A stretch of 64,000 nt of DNA. It comes from Candidatus Omnitrophota bacterium (GTDB taxonomy: Bacteria > Omnitrophota > Omnitrophia > Omnitrophales > JACROU01). Shown in pieces: positions 1 through 8,722 of the stretch (position 1 is the first letter of the stretch; each line of letters starts with the position of its first letter). The notes under the pieces are model-generated. The model had not been told where the DNA came from. It made no database searches and saw only the letters and a program-made list of their open reading frames with translations. The position numbers were made by a program, and so were the translations under genes. The DNA lies in NCBI GenBank assembly GCA_029261035.1, contig JAJDCD010000022.1, positions 16,063 through 80,062 of the forward strand, given 5' to 3'.

Positions 1-780
1 CGTTATGTGATGGATTATGCTCGAGAAAATTTTAAAGAGGTTCGTTTGGAAACAAAAGTATTAGAAATGGCAACCAGCGGAAAGAAAATTAAAGTTACTT
101 TCGAGATAGATGGAAAGCCGGTGGATGAGCTTTATGACAAAGTATTAGTTTCTGTTGGAAGAGCGCCTAACTGTGAAGATATGGGTCTTGAAAACACAAA
201 GATTGAAAAAGACGAAAAAGGATTTATTAAAGTAAACGAAAAACAACAAACAGCAGACGAAAATATATTTGCTATTGGTGATGTTGTGGGTGGTTTGATG
301 TTGGCACACAAAGCATCGAAAGAAGCACGAATTGCTGTTGATGTATTGAGTGGGGAATATAACGAATTTAAAGATATTATTATTCCAGCTGTGGTTTTTA
401 CAGACCCTGAAGTTGCTTGGGCTGGTTTGACAGAATCGGAAGCCAAACAACAAGGGATAAAAGTTGAAGTGGCTCGTTTTCCATGGGCGGCTTCGGGTCG
501 AGCATTAAGTTTTGACCGCACGGATGGTTTAACCAAATTGATTGTTGAGCCAGAAACAGAAAGAGTTTTAGGGATTGGTGTTGTCGGGCATGGAGCAGGA
601 GAGCTTGTGAGTGAAGGCGCTTTTGCTATTGAGATGGGTGCCACAGTTCGCGATTTGGCAGAAACAGTTCATCCTCATCCAACTTTGTCTGAGACTCTGA
701 TGGAATGCGCTGAGGTTTTCTATGGTCATTGTACGCATATGGCACCTAGAAAAAAGTCTCAGGCTGTAAAGCAGGAGTAG
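1..780 (+). CDS. lpdA: Dihydrolipoyl dehydrogenase, C-terminal part (gene starts before the window)
   Basis: IFAIGDVVGGLMLAHKA, IPAVVFTDPEVA and C-terminal HPHPTLSE motifs; frame open to the window edge. Confidence 0.93.
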   Translation, partial: RYVMDYARENFKEVRLETKVLEMATSGKKIKVTFEIDGKPVDELYDKVLVSVGRAPNCEDMGLENTKIEKDEKGFIKVNEKQQTADENIFAIGDVVGGLMLAHKASKEARIAVDVLSGEYNEFKDIIIPAVVFTDPEVAWAGLTESEAKQQGIKVEVARFPWAASGRALSFDRTDGLTKLIVEPETERVLGIGVVGHGAGELVSEGAFAIEMGATVRDLAETVHPHPTLSETLMECAEVFYGHCTHMAPRKKSQAVKQE

Positions 781-905
781 TTGCTTTGGGAGGCTCGAAA
801 AGGCCTCTGTTAAAGGAAAAACGAGAAAAGATCGATAATTAATAAAGGCGTTTTATTAATGTTTTCAGTGAGAAACGCTGAGAACCTATACCAGGAGGAA
901 TCAAC

Positions 906-1169
906 ATGCCAAGAGGAAATCCAGCAATTAACAAACCGTTAAAGCTAAGTGCAGATTTAGAAGCTGTTATCGGAAAAGGTCCAATACCTCGTGGACAAGT
1001 AATGAAGAAAATATGGGAATACATTAAAGGGAAAGACCTTCAAGATCCAAACAATAAAAGAGATATTATTGCAGACGATAAGTTAAGACCTCTTTTTGAT
1101 GGAAAAGATAAGGTTAATATGTTTGAAATGACCAAATTGCTTTCTAAGCATTTGACAAAAATCGATTAA
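906..1169 (+). CDS. SWIB/MDM2 domain protein
   Basis: LSADLEAVIG..RGQVMKKIWEYIK..LQDPNNKRDI.ADDKL..LF..VNMFEMTKLL; AGGAGG RBS. Confidence 0.9.
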   Translation: MPRGNPAINKPLKLSADLEAVIGKGPIPRGQVMKKIWEYIKGKDLQDPNNKRDIIADDKLRPLFDGKDKVNMFEMTKLLSKHLTKID

Positions 1170-1174
1170 TTTTT

Positions 1175-1208
1175 AAGGGCAGCTCATAATTTGAGCTGCC
1201 CTTTTTTT
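1175..1208 (+). terminator. Rho-independent terminator
   Basis: aagggcagctca-taatt-tgagctgccctt stem followed by a T-run. Confidence 0.88.
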
Positions 1209-1268
1209 ATCTCCTTTATTTACAACGGGTTACATAGGCTGCTAAATGCAGCTTATTTTTTTGTTTCT

Positions 1269-1301
1269 AAACTGGACTAAATCAGTCCAGTTTGGTAGAA
1301 T
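1269..1301 (+). promoter_or_regulatory. Rrf2/IscR-type operator overlapping the sigma70 promoter of the suf operon
   Basis: Inverted repeat AAACTGGACT-aaatc-AGTCCAGTTT (1269-1293) with GACT-N5-AGTC core like IscR type-1 sites; -35 TGGACT (1273-1278), 17 nt spacer, -10 TAGAAT (1296-1301). Confidence 0.78.
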
Positions 1302-1440
1302 TGAGTATGGAAGGAGTAATGGGCCTATTGTCTATGGCAGTAGATAAGGCGTATTCAAGCCGTAGTGTCTTCAGTAGTAATCCTATCTCTATCACTCTTT
1401 CCAATAAGTTTGAAGTTTGTAATCGGATTGGAGAGGTCCA

Positions 1441-1905
1441 ATGAAATTTACAACAAAAACAGAATATGGGCTTGTTTGTTTAATTTATATGGCTCGTAAT
1501 AAACAATTGCAGCCGGTGACGGTTAAAGAGATTGTGAGTGAAGAGCATTTTTCTGTTACGTTTACAGAAAAAATTTTACAACAACTCAGAAAAGCAAATA
1601 TTATTGAATCGCATCAGGGGCATGGCGGTGGTTATGTTCTTGCGCGAAACCCTTCAGAGATTACTTTTAAAGAAGTGATCGAGTGTTTAGAAGGGCAGAC
1701 GTTTGATGTTTTTTGTGCACCAAAGGTAAGGGAAGATATTGTTTGTAACCACTTTTCTTTGTGTGGTCTTAAACCTGTTTGGTCTAAGACAAAGCAATTG
1801 TTGGATGAATTTTACAGTGAAGTAACTTTGGATATGATTGTAAATAAAGAGACAAATATGAATGTTGTGAATGACTTTCATGTGTTAAAGGAGGCGAATG
1901 GGTAA
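1441..1905 (+). CDS. Rrf2-family (IscR/SufR-like) Fe-S regulator
   Basis: [11 protein letters not shown], wing motif [12 protein letters not shown], three C-terminal Cys (FC-x9-C-x5-C); heads the suf operon. Confidence 0.9.
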   Translation: MKFTTKTEYGLVCLIYMARNKQLQPVTVKEIVSEEHFSVTFTEKILQQLRKANIIESHQGHGGGYVLARNPSEITFKEVIECLEGQTFDVFCAPKVREDIVCNHFSLCGLKPVWSKTKQLLDEFYSEVTLDMIVNKETNMNVVNDFHVLKEANG

Positions 1906-3359
1906 TGAGTAAAGAGAAGACGGTTACGATTGATGAAATTGTAAACCGAGAATACAAATACGGATTTAAGACAGACATTAAACCTGGGATGACTATTAAA
2001 GGTTTGTCTGAGGATACGATTCGCTTTATCTCTGCTCATAAAGAGGAGCCCGAGTGGATGCTTGAGTTTCGTCTTAAAGCATTTCGTCATTGGCAAACGA
2101 TGAAAGAACCGGAATGGGCTAATGTCCATTACCCACCTATTGATTTCCAAGAAGTGATTTATTATTCGGAACCTGAGTTAGAGAAGAAAAAATTGCAGAG
2201 TATGGATGAGGTAGATCCTGAACTTAAAAGAACGTTTGATAAATTAGGTATATCTTTGGTCGAGCAAAAAAAATTAGCAAATGTCGCTGTGGACGCTATT
2301 TTTGACAGCGTTTCTGTTGCGACAACGTTTAAAGAAAAGTTAAAAGAAGCAGGGGTTATTTTTTGCTCTTTCTCAGAGGCGGTTAAAGAGTATCCGGAAC
2401 TTATAAAGAAATATATGGGAACAGTGGTTCCTTATACGGATAATTATTATGCCGCATTGAACTCCGCTGTTTTTACCGATGGTTCCTTTGTTTACATTCC
2501 AAAAAACACAAGATGTCCTATGGAGCTTTCGAGTTACTTTAGAATTAACACAGAAAATTCAGGTCAGTTTGAGAGAACGTTAATTATTTGTGAAGACAAC
2601 AGCCATGTCAGCTATCTTGAAGGGTGTACTGCTCCTAAGTTTGATACAAACCAATTGCATGCAGCTATTGTAGAACTTGTTGCGATGGAGAGTTCTGAAA
2701 TTAAATATTCAACTGTTCAGAATTGGTATGCTGGAGATAAAGAGACGGGTAAGGGTGGGATTTATAACTTTGTAACGAAGCGAGGGAAGTGTCAGGGAGC
2801 TTATTCAAAAATTTCCTGGACTCAAATAGAAACTGGATCGGCTATTACTTGGAAGTATCCAAGTTGTATTCTTTTAGGTGATCATTCTGTTGGTGAGTTC
2901 TATTCTGTTGCTCTTACTGTAGGTTATCAGCAAGCAGATACAGGAACGAAGATGATTCATGTTGGAAAAAATACACGTAGTCGTATTATTTCAAAAGGGA
3001 TTTCTGCAGGTAAATCGAGTAACAGTTATCGTGGGTTGGTTCAGATTGGAAAAAATGCAGAAAATGCTAGGAACTTTACGCAATGCGACTCTTTGCTTAT
3101 TGGAGACACGTGTGGGGCTCATACCTTTCCATATATTGATGTTCAAAACTCTTCGGCACAGCTAGAGCATGAGGCAACAACATCCACTATTAGTGATGAC
3201 CAATTATTTTATTTTCTTTCCAGAGGAATTGGGTCAGAGGATGCGATGACAACGATTATTAATGGATTTTGCAAATCTGTATTTAAGGAGTTGCCGATGG
3301 AGTTTGCTGTAGAAGCAACTCAACTTTTAGGACTTAAATTAGAAGGTACGGTAGGGTAA
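1905..3359 (+). CDS. sufB: Fe-S cluster assembly scaffold SufB
   Basis: [45 protein letters not shown] motifs. Confidence 0.97.
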   Translation: MSKEKTVTIDEIVNREYKYGFKTDIKPGMTIKGLSEDTIRFISAHKEEPEWMLEFRLKAFRHWQTMKEPEWANVHYPPIDFQEVIYYSEPELEKKKLQSMDEVDPELKRTFDKLGISLVEQKKLANVAVDAIFDSVSVATTFKEKLKEAGVIFCSFSEAVKEYPELIKKYMGTVVPYTDNYYAALNSAVFTDGSFVYIPKNTRCPMELSSYFRINTENSGQFERTLIICEDNSHVSYLEGCTAPKFDTNQLHAAIVELVAMESSEIKYSTVQNWYAGDKETGKGGIYNFVTKRGKCQGAYSKISWTQIETGSAITWKYPSCILLGDHSVGEFYSVALTVGYQQADTGTKMIHVGKNTRSRIISKGISAGKSSNSYRGLVQIGKNAENARNFTQCDSLLIGDTCGAHTFPYIDVQNSSAQLEHEATTSTISDDQLFYFLSRGIGSEDAMTTIINGFCKSVFKELPMEFAVEATQLLGLKLEGTVG

Positions 3360-3408
3360 AGACAGTTTTTGGCTTTTAATAAAAACCAATTACTAATAGC
3401 TAAGAACA

Positions 3409-4170
3409 ATGACAAAGGGGAAAGACATGTTAAGCATTAAAGATTTAACTGCTACGATTGCAGACAAGCAGATTTTGAAGGGGATTAATTTAGAGGTGAA
3501 GGCAGGAGAGGTTCATGCCATTATGGGGCCTAACGGTTCTGGAAAGAGCACTTTAGCTAAGGTTTTGGCTGGAGCACCGCATATTCAAGAAGCAAAAGGT
3601 GAGGTTTTGTTTGAAGGAAAACCTTTGCTGGATATGGCTCCGGAAGACCGAGCTTTGGCAGGTGTGTTTATGGCATTTCAATATCCGGTGGAAGTGCCCG
3701 GGGTGAACAATGCCTCATTTCTAAGAATGGCATATAACGCAAGGTTAAAAGCGGCAGGAAAAGAAGAAGTGGATCCATTGGAGTTTGATGAGTTGCTTAT
3801 TGAAAAATCAAAAATAGTTGAAATTCCAGAACACTTTTTGGATCGGGCTGTAAATCACGGTTTTTCTGGTGGTGAGAAAAAAAGAAATGAAATTTTACAA
3901 ATGGCTGTTCTGGACCCTAAGTTAGCTTTGTTAGATGAAACAGATTCAGGGTTAGATGTAGATGCGCTTCGCATTGTTGCTGGAGGAATTAATAGACTTC
4001 GATCTAAAGATAAAGCTATTATTTTAGTGACGCATTATCAAAGAATCTTAGATTATATTCAACCGGACTTCGTTCATATTTTATTTGATGGACGCATTAT
4101 AAAGTCGGGAGATAAAAGTTTGGCTTTAGAAGTAGAAGAACAAGGTTTTGAGAACATAAAAGCGGGATAG
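3409..4170 (+). CDS. sufC: Fe-S assembly ABC ATPase SufC
   Basis: GPNGSGKST Walker A, AFQYPVEVPGV, GFSGGEKKRNEILQ, LDETDSGLDVDAL. Confidence 0.97.
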   Translation: MTKGKDMLSIKDLTATIADKQILKGINLEVKAGEVHAIMGPNGSGKSTLAKVLAGAPHIQEAKGEVLFEGKPLLDMAPEDRALAGVFMAFQYPVEVPGVNNASFLRMAYNARLKAAGKEEVDPLEFDELLIEKSKIVEIPEHFLDRAVNHGFSGGEKKRNEILQMAVLDPKLALLDETDSGLDVDALRIVAGGINRLRSKDKAIILVTHYQRILDYIQPDFVHILFDGRIIKSGDKSLALEVEEQGFENIKAG

Positions 4171-4176
4171 GAGCCT

Positions 4177-4251
4177 TGTCATCCTGAATGTAACGAAGTA
4201 TATCAGGTAAAAGATTTTTCAGCTCATTTTTTAAAATGCCTCAGAATGACA
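4177..4251. repeat. TGTCAT...ATGACA palindromic intergenic element
   Basis: tgtcatcctga...tcagaatgaca terminal inverted repeat. Confidence 0.7.
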
Positions 4252-4281
4252 TGTGTAAGATATTTTTTTTGGAGAATAAAG

Positions 4282-5619
4282 ATGACGGATATAAAACAGA
4301 AATCACAGTTTAAAGAGTGCTTTAATGATAAAAAGCTTTCTTTTGAAAGTTTAGATTGGGTGAAATCTGTCCAAGAGAGGGCATGGACTCAGTTTCAGAG
4401 TTTGGGATTTCCGACTCAAAAGGATGAAGGGTGGAAATATTTTAATATAGAGTCACTTCTTAAGAATTCTTATGAGAGTGAAAGAAATTTTGAGCTTACT
4501 TCAGAGATGACGACGCGTATTCAACGTTATTTCTATGAAGAATCAGCTGCGAGTCGATTAACTTTTTTGAATGGAAAAAAAGAAAGTGGTATGACAAGCT
4601 TAAAAGATTTGCCTGCTGGAGTGGAGTTTCTTCCTTTGTCTGAAGCATTAAAAACGAAAGAAAGTAAAATAAAGCCTTATTTAGGTCTGAATATTGAAAA
4701 AGAAGAAAATGCTTTCAGCGCTTTAAATGCGGCACAGTTTGAAGAAGGCATCTTTTTATACGTACCTAGAGATACGGTTGTTGATATTCCGATTCATTTG
4801 TTGTTTTTTAATTTAAGTTCAGATTCCACACCTTGGATTGCTCATCCGCGTAATATTATTGTTGTCGACGAAGGAGCTAAGCTTAATTTGGTTTATGAAC
4901 AAGTAGGATTGGATGTGAATAGTACTTTAATTAATGTATTTAACCAAATTCATTGTGAGAAAAACTCTTCGGTTCATTATCTTGGGATACAAAGAGAATC
5001 TCTTGGATCTTATCATTTAATGAATTCTCATGTTTATCTTCAAGAGGGAAGTAGCTTTGAAGGGGTTTTGTTTGCTCAGGGTGGTTCTGCAAGAAGAGAT
5101 GAATTTCAGTTCTACATTGAAGGAGAAAATACGCACTGCTCTTTGAAGGGGTTAGGGGTTTTGGCAGGAGAGTCCAAGTTGTTTTCTCATGTGACCGTGC
5201 ATCACCAAAAGCCTCATGGTAGCAGTAAGCAGTTATTTAAAAATATTTTAGCGGACAAAGCTCAATCAGAGTTTAATAGTTTGGTTCATGTATATCCGCA
5301 AGCGCAGAAGTCGGACACACATCAGCTAAATAGAAACCTTTTAGTTTCTGATAAAGCTCGAGCGTATTCTAGGCCGCAGCTTAAGATTGAAGCGGATGAT
5401 GTTCAGTGTGCTCACGGCTCTTCCATAGGTCAAATGGAAGAAGATGAGTTGTTTTATTTGCAAAGTCGTGGATTGAATAAACAACTAGCACGCTTTGTGA
5501 TGACATTTGGATTTGCAGAAGAGGTTTTAGAAGGAATTCAGATTCCAACCTTAAAAAGAGATTTGGAATGTGCGCTTCGAATAGAGTTGGAAACAATACT
5601 GAATAAGCATCAAGTGTAA
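4282..5619 (+). CDS. sufD: Fe-S assembly protein SufD
   Basis: FPTQKDEGWKY, PQLKIEADDVQCAHG, LFYLQSRG; start moved to ATG 4282 behind a GGAG RBS because the track start lies inside a repeat. Confidence 0.92.
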   Translation: MTDIKQKSQFKECFNDKKLSFESLDWVKSVQERAWTQFQSLGFPTQKDEGWKYFNIESLLKNSYESERNFELTSEMTTRIQRYFYEESAASRLTFLNGKKESGMTSLKDLPAGVEFLPLSEALKTKESKIKPYLGLNIEKEENAFSALNAAQFEEGIFLYVPRDTVVDIPIHLLFFNLSSDSTPWIAHPRNIIVVDEGAKLNLVYEQVGLDVNSTLINVFNQIHCEKNSSVHYLGIQRESLGSYHLMNSHVYLQEGSSFEGVLFAQGGSARRDEFQFYIEGENTHCSLKGLGVLAGESKLFSHVTVHHQKPHGSSKQLFKNILADKAQSEFNSLVHVYPQAQKSDTHQLNRNLLVSDKARAYSRPQLKIEADDVQCAHGSSIGQMEEDELFYLQSRGLNKQLARFVMTFGFAEEVLEGIQIPTLKRDLECALRIELETILNKHQV

Positions 5620-5625
5620 TAAGTT

Positions 5626-5711
5626 TGTCATCCTGAGCGTAGCGAAGGATCTCTGGCAAAGGAGTAAAGTTTTTCGGAAGATTCTTCGTCGCAAAGTTCC
5701 TCAGAATGACA
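5626..5711. repeat. TGTCAT...ATGACA palindromic intergenic element
   Basis: tgtcatcctgagcgtagcgaaggatct...agattcttcg...ctcagaatgaca. Confidence 0.8.
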
Positions 5712-5732
5712 GTAAGAGGTAGGTGAATAATC

Positions 5733-6965
5733 ATGTTAACAAAAGACATAATCAACGTAGAAAAAATCAGAAAAGATTTCCCCGTTCTTTCTACTACCAT
5801 GCACAAACATCCTCTAGCTTATTTAGATAATGCAGCAACCACACAAAAACCCCTAGTTGTTATTGATAGAATCAACCGTTTCTTAAAAGAAGAGTATGCA
5901 ACCGTAAGTCGTGGTGTTTATATTCTGAGTCAAAATGCAACTCAAGAATGTCATGAGGTTAGGGAAAAGTGTCAGAAGTTTTTGAATGCAGAGAAATTAG
6001 AAGAGATTATTTTTGTTCGAGGTACGACAGAGGCGATTAATTTAGTGGCAGCATCTTATGGTAGGAAGTTTTTAAAATCAGGAGATGAAATTATCATTTC
6101 TGAGATTGAGCATCACGCAAATATTGTTCCCTGGAAACGATTGAGTGATGAAAAGGGTTTGGTTTTAAAAGTGATTCCTGTTAATGATGAGGGAGAGCTT
6201 ATTCTTGAAGAATACAAAAAAATGCTTACAGAAAAGACCAAATTAGTTGCTGTGGGCCATATTTCGAATGCGTTAGGAACCGTGCATCCGATTAAGCAAA
6301 TTATTAAATGGGCCCATGAAGTAGGGGCGAAGGTCCTTATTGATGGAGCTCAAGGAGCGCCTCATACCAAGGTAGATGTTCAGGAATTAGATTGTGATTT
6401 TTACTGTTTTTCAGGCCATAAGATTTATGGTCCAACTGGGATTGGTATCTTATACGGAAAATATGACTTACTTGATTCTATGGATCCATATCAAGGTGGA
6501 GGTGAGATGATCGAATTGGTGACTTTTGAGAAAATCACCTATGCTAAGCCTCCAAGTCGCTTTGAAGCTGGAACTATTGCTATAGCTGAGATAGTAGGTT
6601 TGGGCCCAGCCTTAGACTATATCGAGAAAATTGGTCTAGAAAAAATAGCTGCTTATGAAGATGAGTTATTGAGAGTAGCAACAGAAAAATTGAAAGAAAT
6701 GGACGATATTACTTTGATTGGAACAGCAAAAGAAAAAGCTGGAATTATTTCTTTTGAGATGGATGAGGTGCATCCGCATGATATAGGCACTATTTTAGAT
6801 CAAGAAGGCGTAGCTATTCGGACGGGGCATCATTGCGCTCAGCCAACGATGAAACGGTTTGGTGTGCCTGCAACAGCTCGCGCCTCGTTTTCGTTTTATA
6901 ATAACCAACAAGATCTAGAGGCTCTTTTTAGAGGGTTGGACAAGGTGAGGGAGGTGTTTAAATGA
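5733..6965 (+). CDS. sufS: Cysteine desulfurase SufS
   Basis: YLDNAATTQKP, EHHANIVPW, FSGHKIYGPTG, RTGHHCAQP. Confidence 0.96.
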   Translation: MLTKDIINVEKIRKDFPVLSTTMHKHPLAYLDNAATTQKPLVVIDRINRFLKEEYATVSRGVYILSQNATQECHEVREKCQKFLNAEKLEEIIFVRGTTEAINLVAASYGRKFLKSGDEIIISEIEHHANIVPWKRLSDEKGLVLKVIPVNDEGELILEEYKKMLTEKTKLVAVGHISNALGTVHPIKQIIKWAHEVGAKVLIDGAQGAPHTKVDVQELDCDFYCFSGHKIYGPTGIGILYGKYDLLDSMDPYQGGGEMIELVTFEKITYAKPPSRFEAGTIAIAEIVGLGPALDYIEKIGLEKIAAYEDELLRVATEKLKEMDDITLIGTAKEKAGIISFEMDEVHPHDIGTILDQEGVAIRTGHHCAQPTMKRFGVPATARASFSFYNNQQDLEALFRGLDKVREVFK

Positions 6966-7411
6966 ACATCCCAGAACCTAAGTTAGATCATCTATATCAA
7001 GAAACCATTCTTGAACATAATAAGAATCCGAGAAACTTTAAAGAGTTAGAGAGTCCAACGCTTTATTCTCATGGTCATAACCCTGTTTGTGGTGATGACT
7101 ATCATTTATATTTAAATACAGATACAAATAAAGTGATTACTGATATTGCTTTTCATGGCTCAGGATGTGCGATATCAAAATCATGCGCGTCTATCATGAC
7201 GACTCTTGTTAAAGGAAAGACCTTAGAAGAAGCTCAGGAGTTGGAGGAAAACTTTTCTTCTTTTATGACCGATAAAGAAGTGAGTGAAATTACAAAAGAA
7301 AAAGTGGGGCGTTTAAAAATGTTTGAAGGAGTACGAGAGTTTCCTATTCGCATTAAATGCGCCACTTTAATTTGGCATGCACTGAAGGATGCAATCAAAG
7401 ATAGCAAATAG
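6962..7411 (+). CDS. sufU: SufU/IscU-family sulfur-transfer protein
   Basis: LYQETILEH..NPRN, NPVCGD, GCAIS, RIKCATL. Confidence 0.93.
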   Translation: MNIPEPKLDHLYQETILEHNKNPRNFKELESPTLYSHGHNPVCGDDYHLYLNTDTNKVITDIAFHGSGCAISKSCASIMTTLVKGKTLEEAQELEENFSSFMTDKEVSEITKEKVGRLKMFEGVREFPIRIKCATLIWHALKDAIKDSK

Positions 7412-7441
7412 CTATTAGCCTTTAGCCACTAGCCATTGAAT

Positions 7442-7515
7442 TGTCATCCCCGACCTGATCGGGGATCCAGTTTTTTAATTACCTGGATTCCCGACAAAAG
7501 ATTTCTGGAATGACA
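7442..7515. repeat. TGTCAT...ATGACA palindromic intergenic element
   Basis: tgtcatccccgacctgatcggggatccag...ctggattcccgacaaaagatttctggaatgaca. Confidence 0.8.
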
Positions 7516-7589
7516 GTTGTTCTGGTTAGGAGGTTTTTTCTATCCGCTAAACGCTCTATGCTGAACGCTAATAAACAGAGGATAATAAC

Positions 7590-8135
7590 ATGGAACCAGG
7601 AACAGTAATTGAATTAACTCGAGATTGTGAAGTGACCCTCATCCCTGAGGGTACCAAAGCAACCATTGCAAAAGGAACCAGTGTGCGTGTTACACAGTCA
7701 TTAGGAGGGACTCATACTGTGGTTACAGAGCAGGGGCCTATGGTAAGTATTTCTAGTGAAAATGCAGATGCTTTAGGGGTTGAGGCAGCAGGTTCTGAGA
7801 ATCAATATGATGAAAATATGGATAAAGATGAATTTGAAAAGTGCGTTTGGGAAAAATTGAAAACTTGTTATGACCCTGAGATTCCTCATAATATTGTTGA
7901 TTTGGGTTTGATTTATGGATGTAATATTATTGAGAAAGACGGGCTTAGAACCGTGGGTATTACGATGACTCTTACAGCTCCTGGTTGTGGGATGGGCGAC
8001 TGGCTCGCTCAAGATATTAGAACCAAAGTAAGTGTTCTTCCAAAAGTGGAGAAAGTCCATGTGGAAGTTGTTTTTGACCCTCCTTGGGATAAAGAAAAAA
8101 TGTCCCCAGCTTTACGTCGCCAAATGAACTTATAA
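7590..8135 (+). CDS. sufT: Long-form SufT (DUF59) Fe-S assembly protein
   Basis: N-terminal RVTQSLGG domain plus YDPEI..NIVDLGLIY, MTLTAPGCGMG, VFDPPW. Confidence 0.88.
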   Translation: MEPGTVIELTRDCEVTLIPEGTKATIAKGTSVRVTQSLGGTHTVVTEQGPMVSISSENADALGVEAAGSENQYDENMDKDEFEKCVWEKLKTCYDPEIPHNIVDLGLIYGCNIIEKDGLRTVGITMTLTAPGCGMGDWLAQDIRTKVSVLPKVEKVHVEVVFDPPWDKEKMSPALRRQMNL

Positions 8136-8199
8136 TTTATCTAACCTTGATCCTTTTTATAGCTAAGGTATACTATAATTATATTAACCTTTAACGGTA

Positions 8200-8457
8200 G
8201 TGGTGGATATGTCTTCAGAAAAAGAAAATATTAAAAATATAATAGACTTATTGTTAGTGGATATAGAAGAAGAGGAAGTGGGGATTAGTCTGCTTTCAAC
8301 CTTTTATCAAAACGAAGAAGAGCTTACTCTTTTTTCCAACGGAAATAAAAAGACTGTAATGCGCATTTTGAAACGATTAGCGGATGACAGTATGCGCCAC
8401 AAGCAAATAGTAGAAGAAATTATAGATCTTCTAAGTAAGGAATATCATGGAAAATGA
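8200..8457 (+). CDS. Small helical protein, half-ferritin-like
   Basis: Two-helix pattern with an EEEE helix and LADDSMRH; overlaps the next gene. Confidence 0.55.
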   Translation: MVDMSSEKENIKNIIDLLLVDIEEEEVGISLLSTFYQNEEELTLFSNGNKKTVMRILKRLADDSMRHKQIVEEIIDLLSKEYHGK

Positions 8458-8689
8458 GTTCTTAAAGAATTTGTGGCAGCTTCGTTTTGAGAAGATGAAA
8501 AAGAACGAAGAAGAAGCGGCTTGGGCTTATCAAGAAGTTCTAGATCTTTGTCTTGTTCTTTTTGGTGGAGCACACCCTGTTATTGAAAAACTTCAAACGC
8601 TTGTTAAAGAAGAAAGAATGCACGAAAAATTAGCAGAAGAATTGATCGAAATTGGTCGGATGACCCACCCCGAATGTGGTGGCCTTTAA
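8447..8689 (+). CDS. Small ferritin/rubrerythrin-like half-bundle protein
   Basis: E-x6-Y helix (EEEAAWAY) and ExxH (KEERMH); AAGGA RBS. Confidence 0.6.
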   Translation: MENEFLKNLWQLRFEKMKKNEEEAAWAYQEVLDLCLVLFGGAHPVIEKLQTLVKEERMHEKLAEELIEIGRMTHPECGGL

Positions 8690-8722
8690 CTTTCTGTTGC
8701 TCTCAACTTTAAAAAGGGAGAT

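Noticed and set aside
4246-4281. N-terminal extensions given by the ORF track for sufD (also rph 57082, mobA 36184, miaB 39068, desaturase 10554)
   Set aside because: The upstream starts lie in repeats, promoters or neighbouring genes; downstream ATGs have better RBS context or match family N-termini.
4177-7515. Palindromic repeats as a CRISPR array
   Set aside because: Copies are dispersed, divergent and not regularly spaced, and no cas genes are present.
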